NCBI GenBank assembly: GCA_041740495.1
Contig: JBGSLW010000345.1
Coordinates: 1,431 to 65,430 of the forward strand
Direction of reading: 5' to 3'
Source of the DNA: Pirellulaceae bacterium
GTDB taxonomy: Bacteria > Planctomycetota > Planctomycetia > Pirellulales > Pirellulaceae
Length of the DNA: 64,000 nucleotides
Shown here: positions 55,690 through 64,000 of the stretch, one piece after another
How positions within the stretch are numbered: position 1 is the first letter of the stretch
Layout: the number at the start of each line of letters is the position of its first letter
Translations under genes and position numbers: made by a program
Notes under the pieces: model-generated
What the model was told of the DNA's origin: nothing
The model's database searches: none
What the model saw: only the letters and a program-made list of their open reading frames with translations

Positions 55690-56661
55690 ATGCCCGAATT
55701 CCACCGCGACATTCTACGGATCGACCCGAAAGGCGAGGTCGATCGGATTGTCGATCGCCTGCGGCGCCAGGTATTGGAGACCCTGCATCGTGAAGGCGCC
55801 GTCTTGGGTGTGAGCGGCGGGGTGGACTCGGCCGTCACCTTGGCTTTGTGTGTGCGGGCGTTCGCACCCCAACAGATCGTGGCGTTGTTGTTACCGGAAA
55901 TCGATTCGAGCCCGGATAGCGTTCGCCTCGGTCGCTCCGTTTGCCGGCAGTTCGGGATCGCGCCGATTGTCGAGAACCTCACCGCGGCACTCTACGGATT
56001 CGGTTGTTACCAACGGCGCGATGAAGCCGTACGGGCCTTGATCCCCGACTACGACAGCACCCACCGGCTGAAGATCACGCTCCCCCCATCCACCTTGGAT
56101 CAGGGAAGCCTCAATGTCTACAGCGTGGTGGCCGTCAGTCCCGAGGGGATCGAGGAGCGAAAGCGGCTGCGGGCGAAAGAGCTTCGCCAAATCGTGGCCG
56201 CGACGAATTTCAAACAACGTTCTCGAGCTGCGATGTTGTTTTACTACGCCGATCTCCGAAACTTCGCAGTGATCGGCACGCCGCCCAAGAACGAGCACGA
56301 CATGGGGTTCTTCGTCAAGTTCGGCGACGGCGCGCTGGATGTCAAGCCGCTAGGGCATTTGTACAAAAGCCAAGTCTACCAACTCGCCGAGTATTTGGAG
56401 GTTCCGGCCGAGATCCGCAGCCGCCCGCCGACTTCCGATACGTACAGCGCGGGGAGTTCACAGGAGGAGTTTTTTTTCAGGCTGCCGTGTCAGCAAATGG
56501 ACTTGCTCTGGTACGGCTGGGAAAACAATATATCGCCGACGGTCGTCGCACGCGAAATGGAACTCTCCGAAGCACAGGTCCAACACGCTTTTCAGGACTT
56601 CGCGCGGCGAACGCAAACCACCGCCTACCTCCGCACGCCGCCATTGGATTGCAGAGAATGA
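55690..56661 (+). CDS. NAD+ synthetase-family (NadE-like) PP-loop ATP pyrophosphatase
   Basis: ATG at 55690, 9 nt after AAGGAG, with PP-loop GVSGGVDSAVT. It lies 15 nt after the AsnB-family stop. Confidence 0.8.
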   Translation: MPEFHRDILRIDPKGEVDRIVDRLRRQVLETLHREGAVLGVSGGVDSAVTLALCVRAFAPQQIVALLLPEIDSSPDSVRLGRSVCRQFGIAPIVENLTAALYGFGCYQRRDEAVRALIPDYDSTHRLKITLPPSTLDQGSLNVYSVVAVSPEGIEERKRLRAKELRQIVAATNFKQRSRAAMLFYYADLRNFAVIGTPPKNEHDMGFFVKFGDGALDVKPLGHLYKSQVYQLAEYLEVPAEIRSRPPTSDTYSAGSSQEEFFFRLPCQQMDLLWYGWENNISPTVVAREMELSEAQVQHAFQDFARRTQTTAYLRTPPLDCRE

Positions 56662-56800
56662 AGCCACACGCATTCCGGCCGGGAGGGAAGTAAATTCACT
56701 GCTGGGCCGTGAGGCCCCGAGCGCGGTGGTTATGACTCGGGACGCACCACGTGCCAGCGGAAAAACGCACGGCACTTTCGCACGAATAGCCCGCCGTACG

Positions 56801-56934
56801 GTAACCGTTCACGCGCCGGGGGTCTGACGCATTTTTCGGCTTGAAAGGGGAATCTGCAAGGTACGCCAACTCCGAAAAATGGGTCTGCCCCCCTCCAAGT
56901 GAACCATTCGGTTGTTCGCCCCATGAACGCTTAC
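56801..56934. repeat. 134-bp inverted repeat, right copy (IR-R)
   Basis: See IR-L. It lies between the converging ends of the NadE-like gene (stop 56661) and the TlpA-like gene (stop 56992). Confidence 0.9.
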
Positions 56935-56991
56935 TGACGAACAATACCTCGTTCGACGGTATCTCCGTCCGGAAAAAAATGCGCGACGGTA

Positions 56992-58230
56992 TCAGTCTTT
57001 CTTCTCCTCCCCCTGTATCGGCTCGACCCCGTATTTCTTCGCCTGCTGTTCGAGGTATTGCCGCACGCCGGCGTTCTCGGGGTCAGCCAGGCGGATCGCC
57101 TTTTCGGCTGCGGATTTGGCTTTGTCGGCGTCTCCTGCCGCGAGATGGGCGGCGGCAATTTGAAAATGGGCCGCGGCAATTTGCAGCGTGTCCTCGGCGT
57201 CCGACAGACCGTGCAAGGCCTTCTCGGCGGCGGCCACGGCCTTGGGGCCATACTCTTTTACCTTCGCAATGTCGCCGGTCGCAGCGTAGGTCTTGGTCAA
57301 ACGGACTAGCGCCGCCGGAGTTTCGCCGTCGATCGCCATCGCCGCTTCCGCTGCCTTCAGGCCCGCCGCGGCCAAGTCAGGCTGTTCGATCGCTTGCTCG
57401 GCGGTCAGCGCGTCGGCGACGATGGCGAGACACATGGTATCGTTTCGTTGTAGCGCCTTAATCACCATGGCGTCGGCGAGAGTTGCCGCGTCGGGGAATC
57501 GTTCGGCCGCAATCAGCAGTCGAAGCCGGGCGGCGTTCATATACGGATCGGTCGCCAGCCGGGGCCACCGGGCATAAAACTTCTCCCATTCAGCCAATTG
57601 GGCGGCGGGGTCGCCCGGCTGGCTCATCACCGCGTAGGTAGCGTCCCACAAGTCGTCGGCGGCCTCGAGCTCCGCCGTTCCCTTCACCGGATCCCATGAG
57701 CCTTCGATGACCTTCGGCAACACTTCATCCAAGAATAGCGGATGACCGATGTAGGCAATCTTGCCGTCCGCGCCGATCACAAACGAGCAGGGAATACCGC
57801 CTCGACCCGCCGCGGTCATATAGGCCTCGTACGTCTGGCGGTCGTCAGTGTAGGCGATGGAGTATCCGAGTTTGCCTGCTCGCTTTCGAACGAACTCGGC
57901 GACCTTCTCGAAACTGTTGCCCGGGTCGTTGGATGTGAACCCGATGATCGTGACGCCTTTGGACCCCAGCTCATCTTGGAGGTCGCCCAGGTGAGGCATC
58001 ATGCAGACGCAAGGACCGCACCAGGTAGCCCAAAACTCCACGACGTACACCCGGCCCTGCTCGAACGACGTTACCTCCGCGCCGGCTAGCCACTTCGTTG
58101 CCTGCAACGGGGGCGGCGCATCGCCCAGTCGCAACCGCGGTTTTTCCGCAACGGGCTCGGAAACATCTTGAGCCGATGTCGAGACGCAGCCCAGGGCGAC
58201 AACCGACAAAATAAGAAGTATGGTTCGCAT
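56992..58230 (-). CDS. TlpA/redoxin-family thiol-disulfide oxidoreductase with C-terminal TPR-like domain, secreted
   Basis: ATG at 58230 after AGGAG. Signal peptide MRTILLILSVVALGCVSTSAQ, the active site WATWCGPC, and an Ala-rich helical-repeat C-terminus. Confidence 0.82.
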   Translation of the reverse strand: MRTILLILSVVALGCVSTSAQDVSEPVAEKPRLRLGDAPPPLQATKWLAGAEVTSFEQGRVYVVEFWATWCGPCVCMMPHLGDLQDELGSKGVTIIGFTSNDPGNSFEKVAEFVRKRAGKLGYSIAYTDDRQTYEAYMTAAGRGGIPCSFVIGADGKIAYIGHPLFLDEVLPKVIEGSWDPVKGTAELEAADDLWDATYAVMSQPGDPAAQLAEWEKFYARWPRLATDPYMNAARLRLLIAAERFPDAATLADAMVIKALQRNDTMCLAIVADALTAEQAIEQPDLAAAGLKAAEAAMAIDGETPAALVRLTKTYAATGDIAKVKEYGPKAVAAAEKALHGLSDAEDTLQIAAAHFQIAAAHLAAGDADKAKSAAEKAIRLADPENAGVRQYLEQQAKKYGVEPIQGEEKKD

Positions 58231-58358
58231 GTTTGACTCCTGCAAAATTGTGGGCACAGACAGTCCTAGCGGTTGGCAACCACCTTCAAGCAGCGCCGAA
58301 AGACTAGGTAGAGTCTATCCTAGAAACGGTGCACCAGTCGAACCAAGGCTGCGCTTGT

Positions 58359-58739
58359 CTATTGGCTGACCGGTGGATCGTGGGCCAGGGCGACGACGAT
58401 TTTCCAGCCGGCGGGGGTGAGACGGAGCGCGTAGCGGAAGCCGAATCGGTTGATTTCCTCGCCTGCGTGATTGCGGCGGATGAACATCCCTTGCAGCGAA
58501 CCGAGGTTCGCAGCCAGCAGTTCCACGCGGAGGTCGACGATTTCGGTCCGCGCATAACCTTGGGATCGCGCTTGTTCGATCAGCTGGGCGGCGATCTGCC
58601 GGGCTTGTTCCGGCGTGGCCGCGACAGTTTCCCCCCACGGAGCGAGAAACAGGCAAGGCGCGTGGTAGAACTCGGCGACGCGGTCCGCGTCTAGCGCTTC
58701 GAAGGCGCGGACGTAGTCCCGGAGCGTTTGTTCCGCCAC
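58359..58739 (-). CDS. NTF2/SnoaL-like fold protein (hypothetical)
   Basis: LRDYVRAFEALDADRVAEFYHAPCLF...GFRYALRLTPAGWKIVVALAH fits an NTF2-like cone. There is no internal ATG. The GTG at 58739 is my guess; the ORF is open to a TTG at 58868. Confidence 0.5.
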   Translation of the reverse strand: MAEQTLRDYVRAFEALDADRVAEFYHAPCLFLAPWGETVAATPEQARQIAAQLIEQARSQGYARTEIVDLRVELLAANLGSLQGMFIRRNHAGEEINRFGFRYALRLTPAGWKIVVALAHDPPVSQ

Positions 58740-58892
58740 GGCCAGTGGAGACGGTGGATGCGCTGCAGGTGGATTCAAGGGGGCGAACTTCCGGTAAGAG
58801 CCTGTGCTTCTTGAGCGTAGCAACAGCGACCAACCGAGGACAGCGCGTCCGCGCAGTGGGGCGTGCAACGTGCCGTGGGAGGCAGAAGAAGT

Positions 58893-58909
58893 TCGACTCG
58901 GAGAGTCGA
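58893..58909. repeat. family B palindrome TCGACTC-GGA-GAGTCGA just 3' of rpsG
   Basis: Read directly. It has the same CGACTC-N3-GAGTCG core as at 214 and 37706/37747. Confidence 0.8.
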
Positions 58910-58920
58910 GCGACTTTGCT

Positions 58921-59391
58921 TTACCAGGCGAAGTGGGCGAAGGCTTTGTTGGCGTCGGCCATCTTGTGGGTGTTTTCCCGTTTGGTGATCGCAGCCCCTT
59001 CGCGGTTGAAGGCGGCGACCAGTTCGTCGGCCAACTTCATCGCGGTACCGCGCCCTTTGCGGTCGCGGACCGCGCCCAGAATCCAGCGGATCGCGAGCGA
59101 TTGCTGCCGCTGTCGATTGACTTGCATCGGGACCTGGTACGACGCACCACCGACGCGCTTCGAGCGAACCTCGACATAGGGCTTCACGTTTTCCAACGCC
59201 TGCGTGAAAACTTCGATCGGCTCGGTCCCGGGGACGCGTTTGGCGATTTCCGCCAGCGCATCGTAGAAGACTTTCTGCGCCGTCGCCTTCTTGCCGTCCC
59301 ACATCATGCAGTTGATGAACTTGCCGGCGAGCAGCGAGTCATGCCGAGGATCGGGTTTGAGTTGTACGTTGCTGGCGGTGATGCGACCCAT
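58921..59391 (-). CDS. rpsG: 30S ribosomal protein S7
   Basis: 156 aa. N-terminus [35 protein letters not shown] and C-terminus [20 protein letters not shown]. Confidence 0.95.
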   Translation of the reverse strand: MGRITASNVQLKPDPRHDSLLAGKFINCMMWDGKKATAQKVFYDALAEIAKRVPGTEPIEVFTQALENVKPYVEVRSKRVGGASYQVPMQVNRQRQQSLAIRWILGAVRDRKGRGTAMKLADELVAAFNREGAAITKRENTHKMADANKAFAHFAW

Positions 59392-59449
59392 ACTTGAGCA
59401 GTCCGTCGAAGGAGTTGTGTGCGGTGATGGCGGTGTAAATGGCGGGGAA

Positions 59450-59626
59450 GAAACCGCAGGCTAGCGCCTGGCGGCTCATAGGAAACGATGGCAAAGTTAA
59501 TCGGCGGGTTATTCGAAACAGACTCACGGCGTCCAGGGGAGGAAACCGCAGGCTAGCGCCTGGCGGCTCGTAGGAAACGATGACAATGTTAATCGGCGGG
59601 TTATTCGAAGCGGACTCACGGCGTGT
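59450..59626. repeat. 92-bp tandem duplication (~1.9 copies), each unit starting with a family A REP arm
   Basis: GAAACCGCAGGCTAGCGCCTGGCGGCTC(A/G)TAGGAAACGATG(G/A)CAA(A/T)GTTAATCGGCGGGTTATTCGAA... starts at 59450 and 59542. Confidence 0.85.
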
Positions 59627-59695
59627 AGGGATTACTGCGTCTAAGGATTACTGTGTCTAAGGAATACTGCGCCTAAGGATTAACGCGTCTAGGGC
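59626..59695. repeat. 16-bp tandem repeat (TAAGGATTACTGCGTC-like), ~4.3 copies, running into the rpsL stop codon
   Basis: TAGGGATTACTGCGTC / TAAGGATTACTGTGTC / TAAGGAATACTGCGCC / TAAGGATTAACGCGTC / TAGGGC... Confidence 0.85.
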
Positions 59696-60057
59696 TTCTT
59701 GGTGCCGTACATGCTGCGGGCCTGGCGACGTTTTTCGACGCCCAGCGTATCGAGCGTTCCACGGACGACGTGATACCGAACCCCGGGGAGGTCGCGGACG
59801 CGGCCCCCGCGGACGAGCACGATCGAGTGTTCCTGCAGGTTGTGTCCCTCGCCCGGAATATAGACCGTGACTTCCTTGCTGTTGGAAAGGCGGACGCGGG
59901 TGATCTTCCGCAGGGCCGAATTCGGCTTCTTGGGGGTCATGGTCCGCACTTGTAGACAGACGCCGCGGCGCTGCGGGCAGCGCTCGAGCACGGGCGACTT
60001 GGAAAATCGCCGCTTTTTGCCACGGCCCTTGCGAACGAGTTGATTGATTGTCGGCAT
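59689..60057 (-). CDS. rpsL: 30S ribosomal protein S12
   Basis: ATG at 60057 ([12 protein letters not shown]), with [10 protein letters not shown] and [16 protein letters not shown]. Confidence 0.95.
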   Translation of the reverse strand: MPTINQLVRKGRGKKRRFSKSPVLERCPQRRGVCLQVRTMTPKKPNSALRKITRVRLSNSKEVTVYIPGEGHNLQEHSIVLVRGGRVRDLPGVRYHVVRGTLDTLGVEKRRQARSMYGTKKP

Positions 60058-60159
60058 AAATTCCAAGGCAAACTAAGGGGAAGCCGGTCGAGCGGGAGGC
60101 TCAATCCGGACCAAATAGGGTATCGGTTTTCTCGCCGATGTCAACGGCTTGGGGTGGTT

Positions 60160-64000
<3,841 letters not shown>

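Overview
High-GC bacterial chromosomal segment (hand-counted 60-nt lines run about 52-65% G+C). The gene content suggests Planctomycetota, probably Pirellulales-like: Ser/Thr kinase, ECF sigma, FG-GAP and PQQ-propeller proteins, cyclophilins with long N-domains, a small basic protein and giant secreted proteins. This assignment is inference only. Housekeeping anchors are rsmD, nth, a Cys-type NAD-linked formate dehydrogenase operon (NuoE-like/NuoF-like/alpha), rpoD, an EF-G family GTPase, pepF, kdsC, and rpoC(partial)-rpsL-rpsG at the right edge. I found no rRNA, tRNA, CRISPR array, transposase or integrase. The main candidate for an undescribed system is an ~11.4-kb block (45270-56661). It holds three paralogous ~405-aa ATP-grasp ligases, a hexapeptide-repeat acyltransferase, a carrier protein, an ANL adenylating ligase, an AsnB-type amidotransferase and a NadE-type PP-loop enzyme. 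Its last five genes are bracketed by a ~96%-identical 134-bp inverted repeat (50433-50566 / 56801-56934). Other items worth a second look: a ~715-bp array of degenerate 17-20-nt repeats upstream of a sensor-less sigma-54 activator paired with a Ser/Thr kinase that carries a pseudo-receiver; an FG-GAP gene split by one in-frame TGA; a 1116-aa OstA/LptA-like repeat protein just downstream of kdsC; and several dispersed hairpin/REP families, a MITE-like element with an internal heptanucleotide microsatellite, and an rpsL-rpsG spacer built almost entirely of repeats. Coordinates of repeats were read by hand and may be off by 1-2 nt. All functional calls rest on motifs visible in the translations, not on database searches.
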